Positions 11,981-24,520 of a stretch of 64,000 bases of DNA are shown here, one piece after another. The DNA is from Eledone cirrhosa. Lineage: Eukaryota. How positions within the stretch are numbered: the stretch's first letter is position 1; every line of letters starts with the position of its first letter. The notes under the pieces are model-generated. The model worked only from the letters and a program-made list of their open reading frames with translations, searched no databases and was not told where the DNA came from. A program made the position numbers and the translations under genes. The stretch covers positions 14,756,001 to 14,820,000 of the forward strand of contig OZ024743.1 of the NCBI GenBank assembly GCA_964016885.1, read 5' to 3'.

Positions 11981-14678
11981 AAATGAGAAATGACATAGGA
12001 AAGCTTGAGTCACTACTGAATGGGACACTAAAAAACATAGGCACTAAAAATAGACTGGAAATAAAATACAAAACTAGGAGTAAAAAGCTAAATATTATCA
12101 TAGAGGAATTGAAGCAACGCATTGTAGCAAAGAGTGCCAAAATCAGGCGATACGAGAACAGAGTCAGTCAGTATAAACAGAACCGCATGTTCGACAACAA
12201 CCAGAAGATGCTGTTTGGACAGCTTGAGGGGAAAGAAAGAGGCACCGACTTGATCCCTGGGGCGGAACAAGCTAAAACATTCTGGAGAGGAATATGGGAG
12301 CAGGATGTTAGACACAATGCCCAGGCAGGGTGGATTGAGACAGTACAGAGGGAGATCGGTGAGCAGGCACAGCAACAGACTGATTTGAGTATCACAGTTG
12401 AAACTCTTAAGGGGCAAGCCAAAAAACTAACCAACGGGAAATCACCAGGCCCAGATGGTGTGCAGGGGTATTGGATTAAACATTTAACATCCCTCCACCC
12501 GAAGCTGACGGCCATGTTCAATGACTGCTTGGTGTCGGGTGAGGTGCCAGAGTGGTTGACAAAAGGTACCACAGTTCTGATAATGAAAGACCGAATCAAG
12601 GGTAATGATGTTACCAACTATAGACCTATCACATGTCTGCCCGTAATGTGGAAACTGTTGACGAGCATTGTGTCTGAGGAAATCTACCATCACCTCCACA
12701 CAAACAACTTGTTGCCGGACGAACAGAAAGGATGCCGAAAGAAGTCACGTGGTACAAAGGACCAGTTGCTTATTGATAAGATGGTAATGGGGAATTGCAG
12801 GAGGAGACACACTGATCTTGCCATGGGATGGATAGACTACAGAAAGGCATTTGACATGGTGCCTCATTCCTGGATCACCAAAAGCCTGGAGATCTTCAGG
12901 GTGGCAGATAACATCAGACAGTTGCTGGGCAGGAGTATGGGGTCCTGGGAGACAGAGTTGACATCAACTGGAGTATCCTTGGGAAGCGTGAAGATCAAGA
13001 GAGGTATCTTCCAGGGAGATAGCCTGTCCCCTCTGTTGTTTGTCCTTGCCCTGATGCCCTTGACCATTATGCTGCGAAAAGTGAGAGCAGGATACAAGTT
13101 GGGAAGGGGAGAGCTTACCATCAATCACCTCCTCTTCATGGACGATCTTAAGCTCTTCGGGAAAAGTGAGAAGGAGTTGGATGTGCTTGTTGACACTGTC
13201 CGTATTTTCAGCAGTGATATATGTATGCAGTTTGGTATTGGTAAATGTGGAGTCATTGTGATGAAGAGGGGTAGGTTGAGCAGAAGTAACGGGATCCAGA
13301 TACCAACAGGTGAGATGATAAAGGAAATTGACTCTGAGGAAGGATACAAGTATTTGGGCGTTCTGGAGGCTGATGGCATAAAGAACAAAAAAATGAAGGA
13401 ATTGTTAAGAACTGAATACATTCGGAGAGTAAGGAGCGTATTGAAGTCACATCTGAACAGCAGAAATGCCATAAGCGCAGTAAATTCCCGAGCTGTGTCT
13501 ATTATTAGGTACAGTGCGGGAATTCTGAGATGGAATGTTGCTGAACAAAAAGAAATGGATAGGAAGACTAGGAAGCTATTGACTATCTACAACATGTTCC
13601 ACAAGAGGAGTGATGTCGATAGACTCTACCTAAGGAGATCTGAGGGTGGAAGAGGTCTCATCAGCATAGAAGACTGTGTTCAGATGGAGAAAAACAACCT
13701 ATACAAATACGTGACCTATAGTAAGGAGCCAATGCTCAGAGCTGTACTGAAGGAGGGGACAGTAGGCCAGGGGATACCCAAGGAGGAAATAACATCAAGG
13801 AGGAAGAGCAGCCTTAAGGGAAAATCCCTTCATAGTACCTTCTTTGAGAAAACTGAATTTAGAGATCCACAGACATGGAACTGGTTGAGAAGAGGAGACC
13901 TCAAAAAGGCTACAGAAGGAATGCTAATGGCTGCGCAGGAGCAGGCCCTCAAAACGAAGTGGTTGAAGCACCATATCTACAAGGAGGAGGCTAGCCCACT
14001 GTGCAGGATCTGTGGAGAGAGAGAGGAGACTGTGGCTCACATTGTGTCCGAGTGTAAACACCTAGCCCAGACCCACTATAAGGGCTGGAAACACGATGTG
14101 ATGGGCAGGGTGATCCACTGGCACCTGTGCAAAGTAAACAATCTACCACATTCTGAGAAATGGTATGAGCATAGGCCAGAGGCGGTGATGGAGAACAGTC
14201 AGGTGAAGGTGCTGTGGGATTTTAGGATACAGACGGACAAAAAACTGGAACACAATTGACCTGACCTGGTGGTTGTGGACAAAGAAAAAAGATCGTGCCT
14301 GATTGTGGATGTGGCCTGCCCGTTCGACACGAGAGTGCAAGAGAAGGAGAGGGAGAAAATTAACCGATACCAGGACCTAAAGTGGGAGGTGAAAAGGATT
14401 TGGAACTGCCATGAAGTCAAAGTGATCCCGATTGTCATAGGCGCACTGGGGACTATCTCCAAAGGTTTCCAGGGATGGTTAAAGAAAATCGGCCCCTTCA
14501 CGCTTTTTGGAACGCTTCAAAAGGCATGCTTGCTTGGAACGGCAAGAACCCTCCGATACGTCCTGAATATCTGAGGCTGCAGGTAGTGGCTTGATATTCA
14601 ATCCAACGGACTTTCCAGTTAACCAACATCAATGACTGAGATTCAAGGAATAACAATAACGATAATAATAATAATAAT
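11978..14678 (+). mobile_element. R4/Dong copy B (5'-truncated)
   Basis: Follows the copy A tail; ends in 3'UTR plus AAT tail. Confidence 0.92.
11983..14574 (+). pseudogene. Copy B RT-CCHC-RLE ORF with one premature stop
   Basis: LFMDD RT core, [18 protein letters not shown]; TGA at 14257-14259 replaces the R of RPDL. Confidence 0.9.
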
Positions 14679-16834
14679 GACTGCTTGGTGTCGGGTGAGG
14701 TGCCAGAGTGGTTGACAAAAGGTACCACAGTTCTGATAATGAAAGACCGAATCAAGGGTAATGATGTTACCAACTATAGACCTATCACATGTCTGCCCGT
14801 AATGTGGAAACTGTTGACGAGCATTGTGTCTGAGGAAATCTACCATCACCTCCACACAAACAACTTGTTACCGGACGAACAGAAAGGATGCCGAAAGAAG
14901 TCACGTGGTACAAAGGACCAGTTGCTTATTGATAAGATGGTAATGGGGAATTGCAGGAGGAGACACACTGATCTTGCCATGGGATGGATAGACTACAGAA
15001 AGGCATTTGACATGGTGCCTCATTCCTGGATCACCAAAAGCCTGGAGGTCTTCAGGGTGGCAGATAACATCAGACAGTTGCTGGGCAGGAGTATGGGGTC
15101 CTGGGAGACAGAGTTGACATCAACTGGAGTATCCTTGGGAAGCGTGAAGATCAAGAGAGGTATCTTCCAGGGAGATAGCCTGTCCCCTCTGTTGTTTGTC
15201 CTTGCCCTGATGCCCTTGACCATCATGCTGCGAAAAGTGAGAGCAGGATACAAGTTGGGAAGGGGAGAGCTTACCATCAATCACCTCCTCTTCATGGACG
15301 ATCTTAAGCTCTTCGGGAAAAGTGAGAAGGAGTTGGATGTGCTTGTTGACACTGTCCGTATTTTCAGCAGTGATATATGTATGCAGTTTGGTATTGGTAA
15401 ATGTGGAGTCATTGTGATGAAGAGGGGTAGGTTGAGCAGAAGTAACGGGATCCAGATACCAACAGGTGAGATGATAAAGGAAATTGACTCTGAGGAAGGA
15501 TACAAGTATTTGGGCGTTCTGGAGGCTGATGGCATAAAGAACAAAAAAATGAAGGAATTGTTAAGAACTGAATACATTCGGAGAGTAAGGAGCGTATTGA
15601 AGTCACATCTGAACAGCAGAAATGCCATAAGCGCAGTAAATTCCCGAGCTGTGTCTATTATTAGGTACAGTGCGGGAATTCTGAGATGGAATGTTGCTGA
15701 ACAAAAAGAAATGGATAGGAAGACTAGGAAGCTATTGACTATCTACAACATGTTCCACAAGAGGAGTGATGTCGATAGACTCTACCTAAGGAGATCTGAG
15801 GGTGGAAGAGGTCTCATCAGCATAGAGGACTGTGTTCAGATGGAGAAAAACAACCTATACAAATACGTGACCTATAGTAAGGAGCCAATGCTCAGAGCTG
15901 TACTGAAGGAGGGGACAGTAGGCCAGGGGATACCCAAGGAGGAAATAACATCAAGGAGGAAGAGCAGCCTTAAGGGAAAATCCCTTCATAGTACCTTCTT
16001 TGAGAAAACTGAATTTAGAGATCCACAGACATGGAACTGGTTGAGAAGAGGAGACCTCAAAAAGGCTACAGAAGGAATGCTAATGGCTGCGCAGGAGCAG
16101 GCCCTCAAAACGAAGTGGTTGAAGCACCATATCTACAAGGAGGAGGCTAGCCCACTGTGCAGGATCTGTGGAGAGAGAGAGGAGACTGTGGCTCACATTG
16201 TGTCCGAGTGTAAACACCTAGCCCAGACCCACTATAAGGGCTGGAGACACGATGTGATGGGCAGGGTGATCCACTGGCACCTGTGCAAAGTAAACAATCT
16301 ACCACATTCTGAGAAATGGTATGAGCATAGGCCAGAGGCGGTGATGGAGAACAGTCAGGTGAAGGTGCTGTGGGATTTTAGGATACAGACGGACAAAAAA
16401 CTGGAACACAATAGACCTGACCTGGTGGTTGTGGACAAAGAAAAAAGATCGTGCCTGATTGTGGATGTGGCCTGCCCGTTCGACACGAGAGTGCAAGAGA
16501 AGGAGAGGGAGAAAATTAACCGATACCAGGACCTAAAGTGGGAGGTGAAAAGGATTTGGAACTGCCATGAAGTCAAAGTGATCCCGATTGTCATAGGCGC
16601 ACTGGGGACTATCTCCAAAGGTTTCCAGGGATGGTTAAAGAAAATCGGCCCCTTCACGCTTTTTGGAACGCTTCAAAAGGCATGCTTGCTTGGAACGGCA
16701 AGAACCCTCCGATACGTCCTGAATATCTGAGGCTGCAGGTAGTGGCTTGATATTCAATCCAACGGACTTTCCAGTTAACCAACATCAATGACTGAGATTC
16801 AAGGAATAACAATAACGATAATAATAATAATAAT
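14679..16834 (+). mobile_element. R4/Dong copy C (2156-bp tandem unit)
   Basis: Same 5' junction (AAT tail into AATGACTGC) as copy D. Confidence 0.92.
14685..16730 (+). CDS. Open RT + zinc knuckle + restriction-like endonuclease frame (5'-truncated, 681 aa)
   Basis: [54 protein letters not shown]. Confidence 0.85.
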   Translation: MVSGEVPEWLTKGTTVLIMKDRIKGNDVTNYRPITCLPVMWKLLTSIVSEEIYHHLHTNNLLPDEQKGCRKKSRGTKDQLLIDKMVMGNCRRRHTDLAMGWIDYRKAFDMVPHSWITKSLEVFRVADNIRQLLGRSMGSWETELTSTGVSLGSVKIKRGIFQGDSLSPLLFVLALMPLTIMLRKVRAGYKLGRGELTINHLLFMDDLKLFGKSEKELDVLVDTVRIFSSDICMQFGIGKCGVIVMKRGRLSRSNGIQIPTGEMIKEIDSEEGYKYLGVLEADGIKNKKMKELLRTEYIRRVRSVLKSHLNSRNAISAVNSRAVSIIRYSAGILRWNVAEQKEMDRKTRKLLTIYNMFHKRSDVDRLYLRRSEGGRGLISIEDCVQMEKNNLYKYVTYSKEPMLRAVLKEGTVGQGIPKEEITSRRKSSLKGKSLHSTFFEKTEFRDPQTWNWLRRGDLKKATEGMLMAAQEQALKTKWLKHHIYKEEASPLCRICGEREETVAHIVSECKHLAQTHYKGWRHDVMGRVIHWHLCKVNNLPHSEKWYEHRPEAVMENSQVKVLWDFRIQTDKKLEHNRPDLVVVDKEKRSCLIVDVACPFDTRVQEKEREKINRYQDLKWEVKRIWNCHEVKVIPIVIGALGTISKGFQGWLKKIGPFTLFGTLQKACLLGTARTLRYVLNI

Positions 16835-18997
16835 GACTGCTTGGTGTCGGGTGAGGTGCCAGAGTGGTTGACAAAAGGTACCACAGTTCTGATAATGAAA
16901 GACCGAATCAAGGGTAATGATGTTACCAACTATAGACCTATCACATGTCTGCCCGTAATGTGGAAACTGTTGACGAGCATTGTGTCTGAGGAAATCTACC
17001 ATCACCTCCACACAAACAACTTGTTACCGGACGAACAGAAAGGATGCCGAAAGAAGTCACGTGGTACAAAGGACCAGTTGCTTATTGATAAGATGGTAAT
17101 GGGGAATTGCAGGAGGAGACACACTGATCTTGCCATGGGATGGATAGACTACAGAAAGGCATTTGACATGGTGCCTCATTCCTGGATCACCAAAAGCCTG
17201 GAGGTCTTCAGGGTGGCAGATAACATCAGACAGTTGCTGGGCAGGAGTATGGGGTCCTGGGAGACAGAGTTGACATCAACTGGAGTATCCTTGGGAAGCG
17301 TGAAGATCAAGAGAGGTATCTTCCAGGGAGATAGCCTGTCCCCTCTGTTGTTTGTCCTTGCCCTGATGCCCTTGACCATTATGCTGCGAAAAGTGAGAGC
17401 AGGATACAAGTTGGGAAGGGGAGAGCTTACCATCAATCACCTCCTCTTCATGGACGATCTTAAGCTCTTCGGGAAAAGTGAGAAGGAGTTGGATGTGCTT
17501 GTTGACACTGTCCGTATTTTCAGCAGTGATATATGTATGCAGTTTGGTATTGGTAAATGTGGAGTCATTGTGATGAAGAGGGGTAGGTTGAGCAGAAGTA
17601 ACGGGATCCAGATACCAACAGGTGAGATGATAAAGGAAATTGACTCTGAGGAAGGATACAAGTATTTGGGCGTTCTGGAGGCTGATGGCATAAAGAACAA
17701 AAAAATGAAGGAATTGTTAAGAACTGAATACATTCGGAGAGTAAGGAGCGTATTGAAGTCACATCTGAACAGCAGAAATGCCATAAGCGCAGTAAATTCC
17801 CGAGCTGTGTCTATTATTAGGTACAGTGCGGGAATTCTGAGATGGAATGTTGCTGAACAAAAAGAAATGGATAGGAAGACTAGGAAGCTATTGACTATCT
17901 ACAACATGTTCCACAAGAGGAGTGATGTCGATAGACTCTACCTAAGGAGATCTGAGGGTGGAAGAGGTCTTATCAGCATAGAGGACTGTGTTCAGATGGA
18001 GAAAAACAACCTATACAAATACGTGACCTATAGTAAGGAGCCAATGCTCAGAACTGTACTGAAGGAGGGGACAGTAGGCCAGGGGATGTCCAAGGAGGAA
18101 ATAACATCGAGGAGGAAGAGCAGCCTTAAGGGAAAATCCCTTCATAGTACCTTCTTTGAGAAAACTGAATTTAGAGATCCACAGACATGGAACTGGTTGA
18201 GAAGAGGAGACCTCAAAAAGGCTACAGAAGGAATGCTAATGGCTGCGCAGGAGCAGGCCCTCAAAACGAAGTGGTTGAAGCACCATATCTACAAGGAGGA
18301 GGCTAGCCCACTGTGCAGGATCTGTGGAGAGAGAGAGGAGACTGTGGCTCACATTGTGTCCGAGTGTAAACACCTAGCCCAGACCCACTATAAAGGCTGG
18401 AGACACGATGTGATGGGCAGGGTGATCCACTGGCACCTGTGCAAAGTAAACAATCTACCACATTCTGAGAAATGGTATGAGCATAGGCCAGAGGCGGTGA
18501 TGGAGAACAGTCAGGTGAAGGTGCTGTGGGATTTTAGGATACAGACGGACAAAAACCTGGAACACAATAGACCTGACCTGGTGGTTATGGACAAAGAAAA
18601 AAGATCGTGCCTGATTGTGGATGTGGCCTGCCCGTTCGACACGAGAGTGCAAGAGAAGGAGAGGGAGAAAATTAACCGATACCAGGACCTAAAGTGGGAG
18701 GTGAAAAGGATTTGGAACTGCCATGAAGTCAAAGTGATCCCGATTGTCATAGGCGCACTGGGGACTATCTCCAAAGGTTTCCAGGGATGGTTAAAGAAAA
18801 TCGGCCCCTTCACGCTTTTTGGAACGCTTCAAAAGGCATGCTTGCTTGGAACAGCAATAACCCTCCGATACGTCCTGAATATCTGAGGCTGCAGGTAGTG
18901 GCTTGATATTCAATCCAACGGACTTCTCCAGTTAACCAACATCAATGACTGAGATTCAAGGAATAACAATAACAATAATAATAATAATAATAATAAT
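16835..18997 (+). mobile_element. R4/Dong copy D (5'-truncated)
   Basis: Near-identical to copy C with about a dozen differences; AAT tail. Confidence 0.92.
16841..18886 (+). CDS. Open RT + CCHC + RLE frame (5'-truncated, 681 aa)
   Basis: Same motifs as copy C. Confidence 0.85.
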   Translation: MVSGEVPEWLTKGTTVLIMKDRIKGNDVTNYRPITCLPVMWKLLTSIVSEEIYHHLHTNNLLPDEQKGCRKKSRGTKDQLLIDKMVMGNCRRRHTDLAMGWIDYRKAFDMVPHSWITKSLEVFRVADNIRQLLGRSMGSWETELTSTGVSLGSVKIKRGIFQGDSLSPLLFVLALMPLTIMLRKVRAGYKLGRGELTINHLLFMDDLKLFGKSEKELDVLVDTVRIFSSDICMQFGIGKCGVIVMKRGRLSRSNGIQIPTGEMIKEIDSEEGYKYLGVLEADGIKNKKMKELLRTEYIRRVRSVLKSHLNSRNAISAVNSRAVSIIRYSAGILRWNVAEQKEMDRKTRKLLTIYNMFHKRSDVDRLYLRRSEGGRGLISIEDCVQMEKNNLYKYVTYSKEPMLRTVLKEGTVGQGMSKEEITSRRKSSLKGKSLHSTFFEKTEFRDPQTWNWLRRGDLKKATEGMLMAAQEQALKTKWLKHHIYKEEASPLCRICGEREETVAHIVSECKHLAQTHYKGWRHDVMGRVIHWHLCKVNNLPHSEKWYEHRPEAVMENSQVKVLWDFRIQTDKNLEHNRPDLVVMDKEKRSCLIVDVACPFDTRVQEKEREKINRYQDLKWEVKRIWNCHEVKVIPIVIGALGTISKGFQGWLKKIGPFTLFGTLQKACLLGTAITLRYVLNI

Positions 18998-19129
18998 TTT
19001 TTCTTTATTAACCACAAGGATTTACATAGAATAGACATTAAGGACAGTACAGGGAAATACAGGACGGTACAAATGGGCATTTCTGCGTGTAAAAAAAACA
19101 AGAAACAGAGGATTTAATAATAGAACAAT

Positions 19130-21729
19130 GAAAAAATTCCCCAAAAGGGGGGAGACTTCCGAGGGACATTCGTGGAGAAAGCCCATTAAAAAGACACAGT
19201 GACCCTGACCACCAGGGCAAGTGCCCTCTCCCAGTTTTGCACCTTTAATTTACAGACACATATTCAGAGTAGGCCCATTCACTCGGGCCATTCTTGCGTC
19301 TCTCACCCATCTTTCAACACAATGCTGGGAAGAGCGCACTTCCCTTTCTACCCTGATTTTCCTTTTCAAATCAAATTTGAAAAACTCAATAAGGGCATCA
19401 CCGAAGAGGTAAGTGCTCGTCTTCAGTCCTTTCAAACGTGTCCACCATACTATCTATTTCGCCATGGCCACCAGACAGATAAAAACTGCCTGCCCTTCCC
19501 GACTAAAGGAGGAGGGCGCGGCAATACTCACGATGGACTCAGATGATAGCCGGATCCGTCCTACACGCGACGGAAGGTGTTGGACATAAACCCACATGTC
19601 AGCAATTTTCGGACACTGGACGAGTGCGTGCAGGATGGTTTCGTCGCCCTGTGCGCATCTCGGACATGCCCGGCTGACGGCACCTCAATGCCTGTAGAGT
19701 TTATCTCGAACTGGCAAGGATCCTCGGTTCACTGCTAGGCCAGAGATTTCTGGAAGTTGTCCATAGGTCCCGGCCCGAAAGTTCTTCCGAAGAGATTGGC
19801 TAGTTGATTTTCGTCGACGCCTAGAGTTTCCTCAAGTACGTTGTCGCTCTTCCCCTCCACTAATCCTCTATAGAACGCCGAGCTGGAGTTTCCACCGATC
19901 ACATTGCCCGATTGGTTGAAGGCTGTGAACGCCTGAAGACATTCCAGTCTCCAGGCGCTCCCTCTCGGTATTCGCTTGACCCAGGACTGCAGCTACGTCA
20001 AGGAAACGAGCTGGGGAAATACGTGTCTAGCAAACGGCGACCACACCTGATCACCGTCGAGGAAGACGTGGAGATGTCGTAGCCTGAGCGCGTGTCTGCG
20101 CATCATTAGCCACGACATGCCCAGCCCTCCACGTAGCGGGTGTTGACATCAGATGGACCGCCTGACCATCGGAGGGCGTCCCTTCCACAAAAAGCGAAAG
20201 AGCAAACGATCCAGCGCAGTCACGCGGGGCTTAGGACAAGGTAGGACGGTCAGGTGGTAGCAGATGACAGACGCGATATACGCGTTAGCCACCTCCGCTC
20301 GACCTTTCAGGGATAGCTTCCTCTCCGCCGATTTCTGGGTGAGAGAAGCCACCCTGCTCGTCACCTCGTCCCAGTTTATGTCCGTTTGGAGGTCTGGACC
20401 GAACCAGACCCCCAGCAATTTAACCGGACCGTCCGTCCAGCGTCCGCCGACGCTGTTGGACGGCATGGACCTGCCTCTTCAGGTGCCGAGCTGCAGGCCC
20501 ACTGACTTTTTCTGGTTGATCATTGCTCCTGTCACTGCTTCGTATTCTCTTAGTGTAGTGCTGGTCGCCTCGATTTGTTTGGCGTTTGACACCAATACGG
20601 TGACATCACCCGCATATGCTGACACGGATCTTCTGTATCCTAGTTCGCGCGGGACGCCCCTCAACGTCTCCAGTTTGTGCAGTAATGGCTCGAGAGTCAA
20701 TACGTACAAGAGGGACGAGAGGGGACATCCTTGGCGGACCGAGCGCATGATGTTGAACGGTTCCGAAAGGTGACCGTTCACTCTCAGCACAGAGCAGATG
20801 TCGCTGTGCATGGCAGCGATCCAGCCTCTGAAGACGAGCCCAAAGCCAGCCGCCCTCAGGACTGCCGCTAAGTAACGATGGTCGACCCTATCGAAAGCTT
20901 TCGACTGATCTAAATTGATCAAAGACCCACCCGTGCCATGTTCCCTAGCTAATCCCTCTACGATGTATCGCATGAGGTGGAGGTTGTCGTGTATGTATCT
21001 GTCGGGTATGGCGCATGTATGCACCTCTCCCACCAGACTACCAACGACAAGCGCCAACCTCTTTGCTAGCACCTTGGCCAAAATCTTGAACTCTGTGTTT
21101 AGCAGAGTTATGGGCTTGAAAGTATCTATGTTATCCCTCTTGTTCGGATCCTTTCTCAGCAATGCCACGGCTCCTCGGCTCACAGAGCTGGGAATTCTCC
21201 CGTTCTGTTGCCAGTTGCAGTAGACGTCCGCCAAGAGGCCTCCGAATAAGTCTGGCATCTGTACGTAAAGTTCATAGGGAAGACCATCCAAACCAGGCGA
21301 TTTACCCCTTGTGCAGCCAGTCATTCTCTCCCGTATTTCAGCGGCTGTTATCGGCTTTTCACAACACTCCGCCTCTGTGGCCGAGAGCCGCGGCAGTCCG
21401 TCGAGGTAGACACTAAAGTCCATCCCTCGACTCGGCCCACCGCTGCCCTCGAACAGTTGAGCGAAGTGTCGCTGAAAAGCTTCACACATTTGCCCGGGAT
21501 CGAGTAGCATGCGCCCGTCGTGGTCCACCAAAGACCGGATCGATGGCTTTGTTGCCACGACGCGCCTCCGCCACTCGGGCCCATTGAACGGCTTTCGTCC
21601 CCTCGTGTCTGAGAGCACGCACTCTAGCTCTGACAACGCATCCTTCGTGCTTTGCATTGAAGAATTGGTCAAGGGCCCTGACGATCCCAAGTCACGCGCA
21701 TTTATGCTGCCTATTCTGAGTGAGTTCAT
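19130..21729 (-). pseudogene. Tx1 copy 1 ORF2 (RT; APE mostly deleted; YADD mutated to YAGD)
   Basis: KSPGLDGLP, LDQSKAFDRVDH, VRQGCPLS, LSLKGR; frameshifts; 3' limit approximate. Confidence 0.85.
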
Positions 21730-21763
21730 GTTGAAATGGAGTGGAAAAGATGGGAAAGACCAC

Positions 21764-23591
21764 TTACCTTACTTTTCGTAGAGGAAGGATGGGGTGTCCA
21801 TTCTTTTCACTGCTTGTGGCCTCCTCCGGAAAGATGTCCTTATAAATCCTCCTGGAGAGTGTTTGTCGGAAGTCTCCGATGTCTTTGGGGAATTCTTGTT
21901 TTAGTGTCATGTACGTTTTCTGTGTGATGCGAGTGATTTGTATGTGTGGAGGTGGTGTGAACTTTTGGGTTGTTGTGTAGTCTTTTTCTGTGATGCTGGT
22001 GTTGTGTTGCATGTAGTGTAATAATTGGTTGTTGTTCAAATTTAATGCTGTGTAGTGTGTATCGTTTTGGTTGTTTTGTTTTGTTTGCATCTGTTGTGGG
22101 TTTGTTTCTGTTACGCTTTTTGGTGACATTTGTGGTGTTGGTGATGGTGGTGTTGGGGTTAATTATGGTGATGGTGTTGGTGTTTGTGGTGATGGGGTTG
22201 GTGATACTGGTGTGGATGGTGGCATATCTGTCTTAACTTTCTTGTTTGCTAATTTATTTGTTTCCCTCTGTATTTTGTTTTTGGAGTAAAAAATCCTCCA
22301 CAGGCGTTGGTTTTGGTTGTGGCGTGGTGGATGGTGTAGGCGCTGGTGCTAGTTATGGGGCGTTGGGTGGTGGTGTTGTTGGTTTTGCTACTGTTGCTGG
22401 GGTTGTTGCTGTTACAGTTGCTTCTGTTGTTGCTGCTACAGTTGTTGCTGCTATATCTGCTGCTGGTGGTGATGATGATTGAGTCACTGGGGTGGGTAAG
22501 AGAGGTGGCCTCAACATTTAGTCTGAGGGCAAAAAGCCCTTAGGTGGGTTCCTTCTCCACAAATGACACACGTAGGTATTCTGCCCTCGACGATTACGGT
22601 GAGGTGGCTGCCGTCAGTGAGGTCTATTACCTCTGGGATCTCCTCAATGCTTTTATGGTCCGCTTGGATCAGGAGCTCCATCCCAGATCCGGGCCAGTTC
22701 TCCTGCTTTTCTTTTGCTATTTCTATTATCTTGGTGTTGGTCTCGATGCCGGCGAGGACGGCAGCCATTATCCAGGGAATTTAGATGACCGGTGGAACGT
22801 GGGTCACCCTGATATTCTCAAGTCTCTGGCCACAATAGCTTGGGATGAAAGTGAAGTCGTCACTTCTTAATGGGGCCATTGAGTGTTCTCAGAATACTCC
22901 ACGGTTCCATACTTCTGCCCACGTCTGATATGGGTTTTCTTTACCCACACATGTCCCAAAGCTTTTTGGGACTCGGATGCCGGTTCAACACGGCGCGATT
23001 TTATGTCAATTGTCCGATAAGACACGGTGCATAGGCGACGTTGCTCCATTTTATTAGGTGTGTGTGTGTGGGGGGGGGGGGGGGGGCTGACCATGTACCC
23101 ATCTTTCTTTACCATTCCTTTGGCTTCTTCTAATACCTCCTGAGTTACCTGGATCGCTTCGCACGTTTTCACTACTCTGGCAAAACTCAGGGTAGTTTTC
23201 TTAATTTCATTGTTGCTGTTGTTGTTATAGTTATTTTTACTATTGTTAATTTTAGTTTCAGTTGTGGTGGTGGTGGCGTCAGTGGTGTTCGGTGTGGAAG
23301 AGTTCACTTTGGTTGAATTCATTTCGATATCACGAGTTAATTTTTTTATTCTTCTGTTTCTGTTGTCGCTGTGGTGGTGGTGGTGGTTGTCGCGGTGGTG
23401 GTGGTGGTGGTGGTTGCAGATTTAACTCCTGAAGTCATTGGTAATGGCGGGAAATGAACGTCTGCCTGAGACAAATTTAAAATATTGCTATTGCTTACAA
23501 TTCCAGTGTTGGCAAACGTAGCAATGTTTACAATGGTGGTTTCGGTGTGAGGTGTTGGATTGTGAGGAAGGAGTGAATCTGAGTCATCCAT
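21764..23591 (-). pseudogene. Tx1 copy 1 ORF1 (T/N-rich N-terminus, CCHC knuckle)
   Basis: RRGQKYGTVE and CVICGEGTHLRAFC in split ORFs. Confidence 0.75.
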
Positions 23592-23804
23592 TATTTTCAA
23601 AGAAAAAAAATTTTGTTTGATAATTATAAAAAGTTTAAATTTTGGGCTCAAGGCTCCAATATTTTTGAGTGTCCTTTTCAGAAATCAATGTATGTGCACT
23701 TATATACAGTTAATAAAAAATTTCCATAAATGGCAATTTTAAATAACTGAAAATAACAAGCCTTTGCGGAGCTCACGACGATACGATTTACTACGTAGGT
23801 CGCC

Positions 23805-23845
<41 letters not shown>

Positions 23846-24460
23846 GGAAGAAAACGCACATGGTGGATATATATCGTTATGGAATCGCTCCCATAAGTTT
23901 TTGATTTTTACTTATTTAAAACGACTGTGATAGAATAATTATTATTACAAATGAAGTATAAGATTACATTTTAACGCTCAGCAAGCCATAACGCATTACT
24001 TTACGGCATAGGGCCACAATATTTAATATTTAATTTTAGATCAGAAATGTTATAGTCGAAAAAGGGGAAAATGGCAAAATGGCTAAATAGCTAGATAGCT
24101 AAGTGGACAGACAGGCAAATAATTTCACCACCAACACCACCACCGCCACCATCACCACTACCACGCCAAAAACTCTAGTCAAGTTACCTCAACTTCTATT
24201 TCTACTTCAACTTCAACACCATTACTACAGTACTACGATAACATCACCACCACTACTGCCTCATTATCGCTACCGCCGCTATTCTCTCCCACTACCCCCT
24301 GCTAAGACATGCATCGTAGTGTCCCCACTAAAAGAGGAAGGCATCACAAGATATAAATAGACAGATTTGATGACCCAGTCAATAAATAAAAAAAAAACAA
24401 ATATCAAAATCAAAACAGCACAGCAACAACGAAAAACGTAAAGAAAAGAAAAATGAAAAT

Positions 24461-24520
24461 ACTTTCCAATTAACTAACATCAATGACTGAGACTCAAAGA
24501 ACAATAATAATAATAATAAT
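24461..24520 (+). mobile_element. ~60-bp Dong 3'-end fragment with AAT tail, inside the copy E leader
   Basis: ACTTTCCAATTAACTAACATCAATGACTGAGACTCAAAGAAC(AAT)n matches the Dong 3'UTR end. Confidence 0.8.

Larger units (their letters stand above)
18998..23804 (-). mobile_element. Tx1-clade (L1 group) LINE copy 1, with APE deletion
   Basis: Two-ORF layout; 3' end CCTTGTGGTTAATAAAGAAAAAATTATT; (AAT)n on both sides. Confidence 0.88.

Noticed and set aside
9263-18813. Minus-strand ORFs overlapping the Dong ORFs (and plus-strand ORFs over Tx1)
   Set aside because: Antisense shadows that recur only because the elements are repeated
14679-18997. Rolling-circle or concatemeric reverse transcription, or LTR structure, as origin of the tandem
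   Set aside because: The partitioned SNP pattern fits unequal crossover better; no integrase, PBS or TG..CA
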